The notes below the pieces were generated by a model that was not told where the DNA came from, did not search any database, and saw only the letters and a list, made by a program, of their open reading frames with translations. A stretch of DNA of 63,715 bases, the filler included, from Candidatus Tectimicrobiota bacterium (GTDB lineage Bacteria > JACPSX01): the NCBI GenBank assembly GCA_016193065.1. It is 7 parts of 7 records of this genome, joined end to end, with 100 filler letters (N's around TTAATTAATTAA, not from the genome) between each part and the next. Parts side by side here need not be neighbours in the genome. Positions count along the whole stretch, not along the records: positions 1 to 22,889 come from JACPSX010000166.1; 6 more parts are not named here. One strand, given 5' to 3'. Of the stretch, positions 11,146-21,161 are shown piece after piece. Each line of letters opens with the position of its first letter. Positions within the stretch are counted from its first letter, which is position 1. A program made the position numbers and the translations under genes.

Positions 11146-12858
11146 GTGGTGACCCGGCAGAGGGATGCTCGGTTCCATTTCTTCCTCTTTGCCGCGGCGA
11201 TTCTCGCCCTCTTGTCCGCCGCTCCCGCCCTGGCCCAGGAGGCCGGCAAGGAGGTCGCCTACCGGGCCTTCCCCCTCATAGGCTCCCGCCTAGCAGTCTG
11301 GGCGGTAGCTCAAATTCATCTCAATTTTGCCGCTTTTATCCTCGGTGTCCCCGTCTTTGCCGTCATCATCGAAATCATGGGCTGGCGCACCAGTACTGCC
11401 CTGTTGGGCGGCCTGTTCCTCTTTATCCTGGTCGGTTTTTACCCCAAGTTCTGGTCGTACATGAGCGGCATTTTTTACTCAACCTTCTGGGTGTACGGGA
11501 TCCTTTTTTTCCTGGAGACCTTCACGGTTTACCTCTGGTACTACGGGTGGGAGTGGCTCAGCGGAGCGAAGAAGTGGATCCACGTTTGCCTCGGGGTCCT
11601 TTCGAACCTCTTTGGTACCGCGATCCTCTTCGTGGCCAATGCCTGGGTTACTTTTATGGTTTCTCCCGGAGGGATTGACGAGGCGGGAAATTTAAAAAGT
11701 CTCTGGGGGGCCATTAACAACTTCACCTGGATGCCCATCAACATTCATAGAATCATCGCCAATATTGTTTTTGGAGGCACCATTGCGGCCGCTTACGCGG
11801 CTTTCCGTTTCCTGTCGGCCAGCTCCGATGAGGAGCGGGCCCGTTACGACTGGATGGGGTACATCGGCAACTTCGTGGCGATCTCCGCCTTCATCGTGCT
11901 CCCCTTCGCCGGCTACTGGCTGGGACGCGAAATCTACGCATTTAATCAGACCATGGGCATCACCATGATGGGCGGGTTCCTTTCCTGGCTCTGGATCATC
12001 CAGGCGATCCTGATCGGCGTGCTCTTCATCGGCTCCAACTACTACCTCTGGCTGGGAATGGAGCGGATCCCCGGATCTGAGCGCTACCGCAAGTACATCC
12101 CGTACCTCCTCATGGTGATCGCCGCGGGGTTCATCGTGTGGGCGACTCCCAGAAGCATGGTCATTACCCTTCAGGAAGCGCGCGCTATGGGGGGAACCCA
12201 CCATCCGCTGCTCGGCCTCCTGGGCGTCATGTCCGCCAAGAACACCGCGGTGAACCTCATGATCCTCACCACGTTCCTGTCGTTCCTGCTCTACCGCCGC
12301 GCCAACCGGATCTCCACCAAGCCCTGGGTCGGCACTGGCATGGCCGCCCAGTGGGCGACTTTCGGGCTGGCGGCGGCCGTCGTCACCTTTTTCGGAGTCT
12401 ACGGATACTTCGTGGAATCCATCGTGCGCATCGGCTTCTCGGTTTACCAGGTACTGTCCGTGCTGGGGGCTATCGTGCTCGTCATGGCTATCGATATCCC
12501 CATGTTTCGGGGTGCCAGGTCCACCGGGACCATCCGCTGGGGCCAGATTGCCCCGCGCTCCCAATATATATTGATCCTGCTGGCCGTGACCTTTACATGG
12601 CTTATGGGTCTCATGGGCTTTGCCCGCTCCGCGATTCGACAGCACTGGCATGTTTACGGCGTGATCCGCGACACTTCCCCTGATGCGGTAACCCCCGCCT
12701 TGGGATACGCAGCAAACGTGATCACGTTGGTTACTATTGTCTTCCTTTTACTCGTGATGTTCATCTTTTGGCTGGGCGGCCTTGGTGAGAAGGGGAAGGA
12801 GAAAACCCACGGAGCGGTTGCCCCGGCTGTCGCCGCTGGTTCCGGGGATCGGAAATAG
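11146..12858 (+). CDS. Cytochrome bd-like oxidase subunit I (CydA-like, Nitrospira OR-N-like)
   Basis: QIHLNFAAF, FFLET, ANAWVTFMVSP, NIHRIIAN and RSAIRQHWHVY parallel the CydA motifs; many TM segments; no cydB follows. About 20 aa appear missing near 11391. Confidence 0.82.
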   Translation: MVTRQRDARFHFFLFAAAILALLSAAPALAQEAGKEVAYRAFPLIGSRLAVWAVAQIHLNFAAFILGVPVFAVIIEIMGWRTSTALLGGLFLFILVGFYPKFWSYMSGIFYSTFWVYGILFFLETFTVYLWYYGWEWLSGAKKWIHVCLGVLSNLFGTAILFVANAWVTFMVSPGGIDEAGNLKSLWGAINNFTWMPINIHRIIANIVFGGTIAAAYAAFRFLSASSDEERARYDWMGYIGNFVAISAFIVLPFAGYWLGREIYAFNQTMGITMMGGFLSWLWIIQAILIGVLFIGSNYYLWLGMERIPGSERYRKYIPYLLMVIAAGFIVWATPRSMVITLQEARAMGGTHHPLLGLLGVMSAKNTAVNLMILTTFLSFLLYRRANRISTKPWVGTGMAAQWATFGLAAAVVTFFGVYGYFVESIVRIGFSVYQVLSVLGAIVLVMAIDIPMFRGARSTGTIRWGQIAPRSQYILILLAVTFTWLMGLMGFARSAIRQHWHVYGVIRDTSPDAVTPALGYAANVITLVTIVFLLLVMFIFWLGGLGEKGKEKTHGAVAPAVAAGSGDRK

Positions 12859-13698
12859 ATGCGCCTGCCAATCGTTGTAAAAATCAGTGTGTTTGCCCTG
12901 GCTGTAATGGGGGTGTACACATACTATGCGAACTCCATCCCCCAGATTCAGTCCAAGCCCCCCGAGGAGCTCTCCCTGGAAGGAGGGAACGTGACTCAGG
13001 AGCAGCTCATCAAGGCGGGTGAGGAGATCTTCAAAGGGAAAGGTACCTGCGAGGTCTGCCATCGGATCGGCCAGGCAGGGGCGCGGGCTCCGGATCTGGC
13101 CGGCATGGGAGCGCGGGCGGTCAAACGGAAGCCCGGTCTTAGCGCGAAAGCCTACCTGATTGAGTCTCTCCTGGACCCCGGGGTTTACCTGGTGGAAGGG
13201 TATCCCAACATCATGCCCAAGGTAGACAAGCCCCCCATTGCTCTAAACCGCTCCGAACTGTGGGCCGTCACGGCCTTCCTGGAGTCCCTGGGTGGCACGG
13301 TGGACGTGGCGCTGGACGACATCCCGAAATCTGCAGGGGCCGGCGCCGCGGGTGGGGGAGCTCAGGTGGCGGAGCTGAAGCTGCCGGGCGACCCCAAGGC
13401 CGGGCAAGCAGTCTTTACTGGCAAGGGGGCTTGCGTGGCCTGCCATAAGGCTGGTTCCATAGGTGCTTCTCCCGTGGGGCCTGACCTCTCACAGATCGCT
13501 AGGATCCAGACACCTGATTACATTATGGCGAAGATTCTCGACCCGGCCGCAATGGGGACTGTGGCTGGATTTCCTCCCAAGGTAATGCCCCAGACGATTG
13601 GCCAGACCCTCACCGCGAAAGAGTACGTGGATCTCGTGTCGTTTCTCCTGACCCTCAAGGGCAGCAGCGCTACTCCGGCCCCGCAGGGCAAAAAGTAA
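12859..13698 (+). CDS. Membrane-anchored diheme cytochrome c
   Basis: N-terminal TM; CEVCH and CVACH, each with a downstream axial Met (NIMP, KVMP). Confidence 0.92.
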   Translation: MRLPIVVKISVFALAVMGVYTYYANSIPQIQSKPPEELSLEGGNVTQEQLIKAGEEIFKGKGTCEVCHRIGQAGARAPDLAGMGARAVKRKPGLSAKAYLIESLLDPGVYLVEGYPNIMPKVDKPPIALNRSELWAVTAFLESLGGTVDVALDDIPKSAGAGAAGGGAQVAELKLPGDPKAGQAVFTGKGACVACHKAGSIGASPVGPDLSQIARIQTPDYIMAKILDPAAMGTVAGFPPKVMPQTIGQTLTAKEYVDLVSFLLTLKGSSATPAPQGKK

Positions 13699-13701
13699 TT
13701 T

Positions 13702-15891
13702 ATGATTCGATCGAAGTTTTTCCAAGCAATTCTCGTTCTGGTTTTGGCTTTTGCGTTTTTCCGCTATGGGATCCGCCCGCCGGCCCCTTGGAGCGTGGTC
13801 TACCTGTACATGGGCATCGTGCTTCTGGCAGTCTTGGTCTACATCTCCTCGGACTCGGATTCCTGGCGGGCCTTCCTGCGACCCATCCATTTGGTTCTGG
13901 TCGATGACGAGAAGCGTCCCATCCGGCTGCTGCTCATGGTTCTCTTGCCTCTCTTTCTAGGGTACTACGCATACTCCCAGGCTGCCGCCAAGGTGGAGGC
14001 TCCTCCCGAGCTGCGGGCGGTTCACCCTGCACCCGCTTCGTCCATTTCTTTCCGCGGGAAGACAATTGACGTCCAGGGGTTCGAGAATCCCCTCCGGAAG
14101 GACGCTGCCAACCTCCGGAAGTACGTGGACGAAGGAGGGGAGATTTACGTTAAGAACTGCATGTTCTGTCACGGCGACAACTTGGACGGCGAGGGGCCAT
14201 TTGCCCACGCTTTTAGCCCTCCCCCGGCCATTTTTACCGACCCAGGCACCATTGCCATGCTCCAGGAGGCATACCTGTTCTGGCGGATCGCGAAAGGGGG
14301 ACCGGGCTGGCCAAAAGAGTCCACCCCATGGAATTCGGTCATGCCGGCCTGGGAGGATCGCCTGACGGAGGAGGATATCTGGAAGGTCATCATGTACCTT
14401 TATGACGCCACTGGATTCCAACCCCGTCGCTGGGAGGCAAATGCTGCACTGATTCCCTTTCCCTCCCAGGGGGAGAGTGCGGGGAAAGCTGTGGCCGCTC
14501 GGGTACCCTCGTCTTCCCTCCGTTCCCGGCGAGCGGAAAGGGGGCTGTGGAGTCCCGCCCTGGCAGAAGCGCAGCAGAGGGGGGACATGAATGCAGGCAA
14601 GGCAGTCTACGGAAAGAAGTGCGCCATTTGTCACGGGGAAAAGGGAGATGGGAACGGACCTGGAGCGTCCGACTTAGTCATCACAGCGCGGATGCCAGGA
14701 ACCTCCATGCCTCCCTGGAAGGGGCTTCCGGAAAAAGACCGCTGGAATCTGGTGGCGTACATAAAGACTTTTACCCCGGACTTGTTTAAGGGGACGCCGA
14801 AGGTGTTGGATCTCCCGAAGGAAGTCCCGCCTTCCAAAGAGTCTATCGTTCGTGGGAAAGAAATGTACGAGGCCATCGAGTGCAACAAGTGCCACGGCCG
14901 TGCGGGCCGGGCAGATGGACCCTCGGCTCCGGAACTCAAGGATGATTGGGAGCAGCCGATCCGTCCGGCCGATCTGACCAAACCCTGGAACTTCCGCGGC
15001 GGTGAAAGTAAGAAAGAAATCGCTACCCGTCTGGCCACTGGTCTCGCGGGCACTCCGATGCCAAGCTTCCTGGACAGCGTGGAGAAGCCCGAGGACATCT
15101 GGCACCTGGCAAATTACGTCAAGTCTCTGGCGCCGGACAAACCCAACTATGCCACCTTCCTAAGGGTGAAAAAAGTGGAGGGGGAAATTCCCGCTGATCC
15201 CGGTGCGCCGTTCTGGAGTCAGCAGGCCCCGTCCAATTTTCCCTTGGCGGGGCAGGTGATCGTGGACATGAGGAATTTCAACCCGTCCATTGACATGATC
15301 ACAGTGAAGGCGGTTTATTCTAGCCGGGAAATTGCAATTCATCTGACCTGGAATGATCCCACAGGCTCCCGACCGGACCCGGCCGCAAAGACCTTTGCCG
15401 ATCAGGTGGTCCTCCAGTTTCCGGTCAAGCTTTCCGAGGGCAACGAGCGTCCCTATGTCCTCATGGGCGATGGCTCGAACCCGGTCTACCTTCTGCGCTG
15501 GAGTAGCGATGGCGGAGTGGGGGAGGCCAACGCCACAGCAATCAGCAATCTCACCCCGCAGCCCGCTCAGGCAGTGGAGGCGAAAGGGACGGGGGTTTTT
15601 GCGGACGGCCAATATCGCCTCGTGATCAAGCGCCCCTTGCAGACGCCCGATCCTAACGATCTGCAGTTTCCGGTGGGTAAATTCTTTCCAGTTGCCTTCA
15701 TGGCCTGGGACGGCGGGGCCGGGGAGACCGGAAGTGACATGTCCTTTTCTTCGTGGTATTATTCCGTACTTGAAGAGCCAAGCTCGAAACGACCGTATGT
15801 GATTCCGCCCGTGGTGGTCCTTGTGTCCGTGGCAGCGGAGCTCTTGATCGTTCGCCGCGCGCAACGGAAGGCCCGGGGGAGCGTGAATTAA
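13702..15891 (+). CDS. Membrane-bound triheme cytochrome c fused to an EB_dh/DOMON-like heme b domain (NxrC/EbdC-like)
   Basis: Three N-terminal TMs; CMFCH, CAICH, CNKCH; C-terminal LTWND, DQVVLQFP, PYVLMGD, VAFMAWDG and SSWY; C-terminal TM. Confidence 0.85.
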   Translation: MIRSKFFQAILVLVLAFAFFRYGIRPPAPWSVVYLYMGIVLLAVLVYISSDSDSWRAFLRPIHLVLVDDEKRPIRLLLMVLLPLFLGYYAYSQAAAKVEAPPELRAVHPAPASSISFRGKTIDVQGFENPLRKDAANLRKYVDEGGEIYVKNCMFCHGDNLDGEGPFAHAFSPPPAIFTDPGTIAMLQEAYLFWRIAKGGPGWPKESTPWNSVMPAWEDRLTEEDIWKVIMYLYDATGFQPRRWEANAALIPFPSQGESAGKAVAARVPSSSLRSRRAERGLWSPALAEAQQRGDMNAGKAVYGKKCAICHGEKGDGNGPGASDLVITARMPGTSMPPWKGLPEKDRWNLVAYIKTFTPDLFKGTPKVLDLPKEVPPSKESIVRGKEMYEAIECNKCHGRAGRADGPSAPELKDDWEQPIRPADLTKPWNFRGGESKKEIATRLATGLAGTPMPSFLDSVEKPEDIWHLANYVKSLAPDKPNYATFLRVKKVEGEIPADPGAPFWSQQAPSNFPLAGQVIVDMRNFNPSIDMITVKAVYSSREIAIHLTWNDPTGSRPDPAAKTFADQVVLQFPVKLSEGNERPYVLMGDGSNPVYLLRWSSDGGVGEANATAISNLTPQPAQAVEAKGTGVFADGQYRLVIKRPLQTPDPNDLQFPVGKFFPVAFMAWDGGAGETGSDMSFSSWYYSVLEEPSSKRPYVIPPVVVLVSVAAELLIVRRAQRKARGSVN

Positions 15892-15905
15892 GGAGGAACA
15901 GGTCA

Positions 15906-16622
15906 ATGCAACGAGTGCTCAGGTGGTTTTTCATTGCTGGTGTTCTGGCATTGTCGCTTCCTTTCTTGGCGGGAATCTCCCCGGAAGTGAACGCGCAGAG
16001 CAGTGGAAGCATTGTTGGGGAAGTGAAGTACAACGGAACCCCACCCGCCCCGAAGGTGATCAAGGTGAACAAGGACAACCAGGCTTGCGGGAATGAGAAG
16101 ACCTCTGAGGAACTGGTGGTCGGGGCGAACAAGGGGATCCAGTGGGCCGTGGTGTCCGTAGTAGGGGCCAAGGGTCCGGCGCCGAAGCCTGCTCAGAAGC
16201 CGACTCTGGATCAGAAAGGATGTCACTTCCAGCCCCACGTCCTGCTGGCGCCGGTCGGGGTCGGGATCGATATCCTGAACTCCGACGGGATCCTCCACAA
16301 TATCCACACGTTCTCGAAGGCCAACCCTTCCTTTAACAAGGCCCAGCCGAAATTCAAGAAGGTAATTACCGAGAAGTTTGACAAACCCGAGGTCGTCAAG
16401 ATCCGGTGCGACGCCCATAGCTGGATGTCCGGATGGGTCGTGGTCCAGGAGCACCCCTTCTATGCGGTAAGCGATGCGAATGGGTCGTTCAAAATCGACA
16501 ACGTCCCGCCCGGAAAGCACAAGCTCGAGTTGTGGCACGAGACTCTGGGCAAAGTCGCGAAGGACGTCGAGGTCAAGGCGGGCGCTCCAACCAAAGTTAC
16601 CTTTGAGCTGACCAAGAAATAA
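15906..16622 (+). CDS. Secreted cupredoxin-like protein within a carboxypeptidase-regulatory-like scaffold
   Basis: Signal peptide; ILHNIH plus CDAHSWM (type-1 Cu His/Cys/His/Met set); C-terminal GSFKIDNVPPG..WHE. Confidence 0.8.
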   Translation: MQRVLRWFFIAGVLALSLPFLAGISPEVNAQSSGSIVGEVKYNGTPPAPKVIKVNKDNQACGNEKTSEELVVGANKGIQWAVVSVVGAKGPAPKPAQKPTLDQKGCHFQPHVLLAPVGVGIDILNSDGILHNIHTFSKANPSFNKAQPKFKKVITEKFDKPEVVKIRCDAHSWMSGWVVVQEHPFYAVSDANGSFKIDNVPPGKHKLELWHETLGKVAKDVEVKAGAPTKVTFELTKK

Positions 16623-16665
16623 TTCGGAAGAACCCGACGGGCCGTAGAATCTTGAGGGGGTTGCC

Positions 16666-16863
16666 ATGCGTCTGGTGATATTCCATAAGATCCTGATCGG
16701 GACGGCCGTCCTTTTTGGGCTGGGCTTCTCCGGATGGGAATTCTTAAGCTACAGGCGCACGGGCCATGTGGAGGACCTGGTTATCTCCGTGTCTGCCGTG
16801 ATGATTTCCGCGGCCTTGGGGTACTATCTGAGGAACCTGAAACGGTTTTTGGCGTTGCCTTAA
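16666..16863 (+). CDS. Small two-TM membrane protein
   Basis: GAGGGGG RBS; 65 aa with two hydrophobic helices; last gene of the bd-like operon. Confidence 0.65.
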   Translation: MRLVIFHKILIGTAVLFGLGFSGWEFLSYRRTGHVEDLVISVSAVMISAALGYYLRNLKRFLALP

Positions 16864-16911
16864 GAAGCGCGGGTCTCCCGGCAGGACGGTCCGGCAAACC
16901 CCTGAATTAAA

Positions 16912-16940
16912 TTGACAGGGTGGGATCGCAACGCTACCAT
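16912..16940 (+). promoter_or_regulatory. Sigma70-type promoter of the cox operon
   Basis: TTGACA-17bp-TACCAT. Confidence 0.6.
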
Positions 16941-17105
16941 TGCCATTTTGATGGGCTGAGCAGACCCAGAAAGGGACAGCGAAGCCGGCATTTGGGATAC
17001 GGCCGGCCTAGCCGTCTGCACGGTATGATCCGGAGCGCGAGGTTCCGGATCGGATTTTCCTCGAAAGAAAAGCAGTCATAGAGGTCTTAAGAGGGGGATA
17101 CCTCG

Positions 17106-17765
17106 ATGATGAGCTGGCTTCCGGAAAACGTCTCGTCCTACGGCGGGGCGGTCGATTCTCTATTTTACCTCGTCTACTACATCACCGGTGCAGTGTTTTT
17201 CCTGGTCATGGGGTTAATGATCTTCTTCCTGGTGAAGTACCGCCACCGGGAAGGCCGGCGGGCCAGGTACAGCCACGGGAACAACACGCTGGAGATCCTC
17301 TGGACTGTCGTTCCGGCTCTGATCCTGGTGGTGCTGACGGCATTGAGCGTGCCTACCTGGGCGAAAATCAAGAGTCACATCCCGCCGACCGACCTCACGA
17401 TCCAGGTCATTGGGAAGCAATTTAACTGGGAGGTCACGTACGCCGGTCCGGACGGCAAGTTCGGCACCGAGGACGACAGGACCTTCGACAACGAGATGCA
17501 TGTCCCTGTAAACGCGCCCGTAAAAGTCGTCCTTCTTTCCAAGGACGTGATCCACAGTCTCTTCCTGCCGAACCTCCGTTTCAAGCAGGACGCGGTGCCT
17601 GGACGGGAAATCCCCCAGTGGTTCCAGGCCACCAAGACGGGGAAGTACGTGATCCCGTGCGCGGAGCTCTGCGGGTTCGGGCACTCCGGGATGCAGGGGT
17701 ACCTCTACGTCCACACTGCGCAGGAGTACGAGCAGTGGGTGAAGGAACAGTGGCCCTCATCATGA
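17106..17765 (+). CDS. coxB: Cytochrome c oxidase subunit II
   Basis: LEILWTVVP, DVIHS and CuA motif CAELCGFGHSGM; no fused cytochrome c. Confidence 0.97.
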   Translation: MMSWLPENVSSYGGAVDSLFYLVYYITGAVFFLVMGLMIFFLVKYRHREGRRARYSHGNNTLEILWTVVPALILVVLTALSVPTWAKIKSHIPPTDLTIQVIGKQFNWEVTYAGPDGKFGTEDDRTFDNEMHVPVNAPVKVVLLSKDVIHSLFLPNLRFKQDAVPGREIPQWFQATKTGKYVIPCAELCGFGHSGMQGYLYVHTAQEYEQWVKEQWPSS

Positions 17766-17798
17766 ATCAATCGGATTCCAGAAGGAGAACGGTGAGCG

Positions 17799-19571
17799 AT
17801 GAGTGACTCGGTAGGGGCAGCAGTGGCTGTGCACGATACCCACACCGGCTATGAGCGTCTGGGCTTCGTGAGGACCTACATCTTTTCCACCGATCACAAG
17901 ATGATCGGACGTCAATTCCTGTTCCTGGGCCTTTTTATGCTGGTCGTCGGCGGCTTTCTGGCCATGTTGATCCGTTGGGAGCTGGGCTGGCCGCAAACGC
18001 CCGTGCCGGGCTTCGGTTGGTTGTTCAAAGATACCGAAGGAGTCATTCCCCCCGAAGCCTACAACATGCTGTTCACCATGCACGCGACTCTTATGATCTT
18101 CTTCGTCGTGATGCCGATCATGGTGGGCTGCTTCGGGAACTTCCTGATCCCACTCATGATCGGAGCCCGCGACATGGCGTTTCCGAAGCTCAATATGCTG
18201 TCGTTCTGGACGGGGGCGGTGGGGGGCGTGATCATGCTGGCGGCCTTCTTCGTCCCCGGCGGCGCCGCGGCGTCCGGCTGGACGGCTTACGCGCCGCTGT
18301 CGGCGGTGACCGAGTACACGGGGGTCGACTGGGGGCAGAACCTGTGGTGCATCAGTCTGTTCGTTCTCGGCATCTCGTCCCTGATGGGAGCCATCAACTA
18401 CATCACGACCGTCATCAACATGCGGGCTCCGGGGATGACGTTGTTCCGGTTGCCGCTGGTGATCTGGTCGCTTTTCATTACGGCCATCCTCTTGCTTTTC
18501 GCCCTGCCCGTGCTCACGTCCGCCGTGGTGATGCTTCTCTTCGACCGCCTGCTGGGGACCCACTGGTTCCTCCCGAAGGGCGGAGGGGAACCACTCCTCT
18601 GGCAGCACCTCTTCTGGTTCTTCGGCCATCCGGAGGTCTACATCCTGGTTCTTCCGGCCATGGGCGTCACTTCCGAGGTTCTGTCCACCTTTTCCCGGAA
18701 GCCGATCTTCGGGTACCGCGCCATGGCCTACTCCATGATCGCCATCGCCTTCCTTTCCTGGATTGTCTGGGGACATCACATGTTCGTGAGCGGGATGAAC
18801 CCGATGATCGGCATGTCCTTCATGCTCTCCACCATGGTGATTGCCGTTCCGTCGGCCATCAAGACGTTTAACTGGCTGGGGACTCTGTGGGGGGGATCGA
18901 TCCGCTTCAAGACGCCGATGCTCCACGCCCTGGGGTTCGTATCGACCTTCGTCATCGGCGGACTCTCGGGCATCTGGATGGCCAACACGCCGGTGGATAT
19001 CTTCATCCACGACACGTACTTCATCGTGGCCCATTTCCATTATGTGGTGGCGGGGATTATTTTTGCCATGTTTGCGTCCGTTACCTACTGGTTCCCGAAG
19101 ATGTTCGGCCGCGTAATGAACGAAATGCTGGGCAAAATACACTTCGTCCTCACTTTCATCTTCTTCAACCTGACCTTCTTCCCCATGCACATCCTGGGCT
19201 TGGGCGGGATGATGAGAAGGATCTACGATCCGACCCAGTACGAGTTCTTGCAGGCGCTGCAGCCGATCAACCATTTCATGTCCATAAGCGCGCTTCTCCT
19301 GGGAGCCTCGCAGATTTTCTTCATCGCCAACTTCTTCTGGAGCCTCTTTGCCGGGAAGAAGGCCGAGGACAACCCCTGGAAGGCGAACACCCTGGAATGG
19401 TCCGCCCCGTCCCCTCCGCCCCACGGCAACTGGGCCGGCTCCCCCCCGACGGTCCATCGGGGTCCTTATGAGTACAGCTCCCCCGAGGTGGAGGAGGACT
19501 ACTTCCCCCAGAATCGTCCCCACCCGGCGTTGACGGGTGCTGGATCTTCAGCGAGAGTGGGAGGTCACTAA
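17799..19571 (+). CDS. coxA: Cytochrome c oxidase subunit I, A1 type
   Basis: STDHK, GARDMAFP (D-channel), WFFGHPEVY, WGHHM, PSAIK (K-channel), VAHFHY and MMRR. Confidence 0.98.
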   Translation: MSDSVGAAVAVHDTHTGYERLGFVRTYIFSTDHKMIGRQFLFLGLFMLVVGGFLAMLIRWELGWPQTPVPGFGWLFKDTEGVIPPEAYNMLFTMHATLMIFFVVMPIMVGCFGNFLIPLMIGARDMAFPKLNMLSFWTGAVGGVIMLAAFFVPGGAAASGWTAYAPLSAVTEYTGVDWGQNLWCISLFVLGISSLMGAINYITTVINMRAPGMTLFRLPLVIWSLFITAILLLFALPVLTSAVVMLLFDRLLGTHWFLPKGGGEPLLWQHLFWFFGHPEVYILVLPAMGVTSEVLSTFSRKPIFGYRAMAYSMIAIAFLSWIVWGHHMFVSGMNPMIGMSFMLSTMVIAVPSAIKTFNWLGTLWGGSIRFKTPMLHALGFVSTFVIGGLSGIWMANTPVDIFIHDTYFIVAHFHYVVAGIIFAMFASVTYWFPKMFGRVMNEMLGKIHFVLTFIFFNLTFFPMHILGLGGMMRRIYDPTQYEFLQALQPINHFMSISALLLGASQIFFIANFFWSLFAGKKAEDNPWKANTLEWSAPSPPPHGNWAGSPPTVHRGPYEYSSPEVEEDYFPQNRPHPALTGAGSSARVGGH

Positions 19572-19604
19572 TACGAACGGATTCAATCCTGATCTGTTCC
19601 GCAT

Positions 19605-19653
19605 CCCTCACCCCGACCCTCTCCCCTTAGGGGAGAGGGCAAGGGAGAGGGGG
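19605..19653. repeat. CCCTCACCC-type REP palindrome
   Basis: CCCTCACCCCGACCCTCTCCCCTTAGGGAGAGGG; similar copies at 62632-62666 and a degenerate one at 58561-58612. Confidence 0.65.
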
Positions 19654-19680
19654 AATTGAAATGAGGAGGGAGTCAGCGGG

Positions 19681-19803
19681 ATGAGTGAAGAGAAGGACGG
19701 AAACTTCCTCGGGCAGCGGAACCGGCGAACCGCGACGATCCTGATTGGGTGGATCGCGCTGCTGGCCTTTGCCTCGATTCTTGTGATCGTGATGAGGCAC
19801 TAA
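19681..19803 (+). CDS. 40-aa single-TM protein inside the cox operon (absent from the ORF track)
   Basis: GAGGAGG RBS; MSEEKDGNFLGQRNRRTATILIGWIALLAFASILVIVMRH*; stop abuts the next ATG. Confidence 0.7.
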   Translation: MSEEKDGNFLGQRNRRTATILIGWIALLAFASILVIVMRH

Positions 19804-19804
19804 G

Positions 19805-20488
19805 ATGGCTACCGAGACTCGAATTCTGGAAGAGTTGGGAGAAACCAAGGACCTCCTGGACGACGTAGGCGGGGTGCCGCCGCGCTGGCCCCGGGGGGAA
19901 GAAGACGATCGATCCCCTTTTCGGGACTCCGAGCGGGGTTACCCCTCCCGCAATGCCAAACTCGGGATGGCCATGTTCCTGGGGGTGGAGACCATGTTCT
20001 TTGCCGGACTCATTGCCGCCTTCCTTTACTTGCGCCTGAACGCCTCGGAATGGCCTCCGGCCTCTCAGCCCCGTCTTCCAGTATTCGTCACCGGGATCAA
20101 TACGCTGTTGCTCCTGGCCTCGGGCTTCACGATGTGGAGGGTCCAGGGCCCGGCCGCGCGCCAGGACTCGGGGAGGCCGGCCCGAGGGCTGGGGATGACG
20201 TTCCTCCTAGGAACCGTTTTCCTCGTTGTGCAGGGCTACGAGTGGGCGCGACTCGTCCGCTTCGGTCTTACCTTTTCTTCAGGAAGTTACGGGGCGACGT
20301 TTTACACGTTGATCGGGCTCCACGGCCTTCATGTCCTGGGTGCACTCACATGGCTTGCGGCGCTGCAACTGGCCGCAAAGAAGAAGCGCCTTGCTCCGCA
20401 TCACCCGCGCGTGTTTCTGTGCGCGATGTACTGGTACTTCGTGGTGGCCCTATGGCCGGTCCTCTACGGGCTTGTGTATCTGGTGTGA
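19805..20488 (+). CDS. coxC: Heme-copper oxidase subunit III, paralog 1
   Basis: FLGVETMFFAGL, NTLLLLASG, QGYEW, FYTLIGLHGLHV and YWYFV. Confidence 0.92.
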   Translation: MATETRILEELGETKDLLDDVGGVPPRWPRGEEDDRSPFRDSERGYPSRNAKLGMAMFLGVETMFFAGLIAAFLYLRLNASEWPPASQPRLPVFVTGINTLLLLASGFTMWRVQGPAARQDSGRPARGLGMTFLLGTVFLVVQGYEWARLVRFGLTFSSGSYGATFYTLIGLHGLHVLGALTWLAALQLAAKKKRLAPHHPRVFLCAMYWYFVVALWPVLYGLVYLV

Positions 20489-20518
20489 GGAACAGAGTGT
20501 TTGTGAGGAGAACCTATC

Positions 20519-21142
20519 GTGAGTGACGTGATAACCATTGAGCCGCCCAAGACCATGGAGCAGGCGGAGTCCCCCCTTACCCCGGAGAGCTGGGGGAAGC
20601 TGGGGATGTGGGTCTTCCTGGCAGGGGACGCCATGGGCTTCGGCGTGCTGCTGGCCGGATACGGCGCCATGCGGGCGGCCAGTGCCGACTGGCCCAACCC
20701 TGCCAACCACCTGGGGATTCAGCTCACGGCCTTTATGACCTTCCTGTTGATCTGCAGTTCCGTCACCATGGTGAAGTCCCTGGAATCGATCAAGAAGGGA
20801 TCGCGGAGCCGGATGAAGCTCTTCCTGTTCCTGACCATCCTGGGGGGGGCGACATTCCTGGGGCTGCAGGCTTACGAGTGGACTCATCTGATCGATCGCG
20901 GTCTCAATCTCTACGGGAATCCCTGGGGAGCCTCCCTGTTCGGGACCACCTTTTTCATCATCACGGGATTCCACGGCCTCCACGTGACGGCCGGGGTCAT
21001 TTACCTCTCCTGCATTTTGGCCTATGCGTCGCGCCGCCAGGACCCGGCGCGCAACTACATGCTGGCGGAGATTGCGGGGCTCTACTGGCACTTTGTGGAC
21101 CTGGTGTGGATCATGGTCTTTACATTCGTCTACCTGCTGTGA
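20519..21142 (+). CDS. coxC: Heme-copper oxidase subunit III, paralog 2
   Basis: KLGMWVFLAGD, SSVTM, QAYEW, TGFHGLHV and LYWHFVDLVW. Confidence 0.93.
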   Translation: MSDVITIEPPKTMEQAESPLTPESWGKLGMWVFLAGDAMGFGVLLAGYGAMRAASADWPNPANHLGIQLTAFMTFLLICSSVTMVKSLESIKKGSRSRMKLFLFLTILGGATFLGLQAYEWTHLIDRGLNLYGNPWGASLFGTTFFIITGFHGLHVTAGVIYLSCILAYASRRQDPARNYMLAEIAGLYWHFVDLVWIMVFTFVYLL

Positions 21143-21161
21143 GGAAAAGACGGGGGAAACG

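Noticed and set aside
11146-15891. Calling the organism a nitrite oxidiser from the bd-like/NxrC-like genes
   Set aside because: No nxrA/nxrB in the window, and EB_dh domains also partner other enzymes.
17027-17051. Hairpin GATCCGGA..TCCGGATC in the cox leader
   Set aside because: A single short stem with no identifiable regulator or RNA family.
17760-19523. Long antisense ORFs (587 aa here; also 33116-34357, 56999-58318, 62738-63400)
   Set aside because: Shadow ORFs of well-conserved GC-rich genes, with no motifs of their own.
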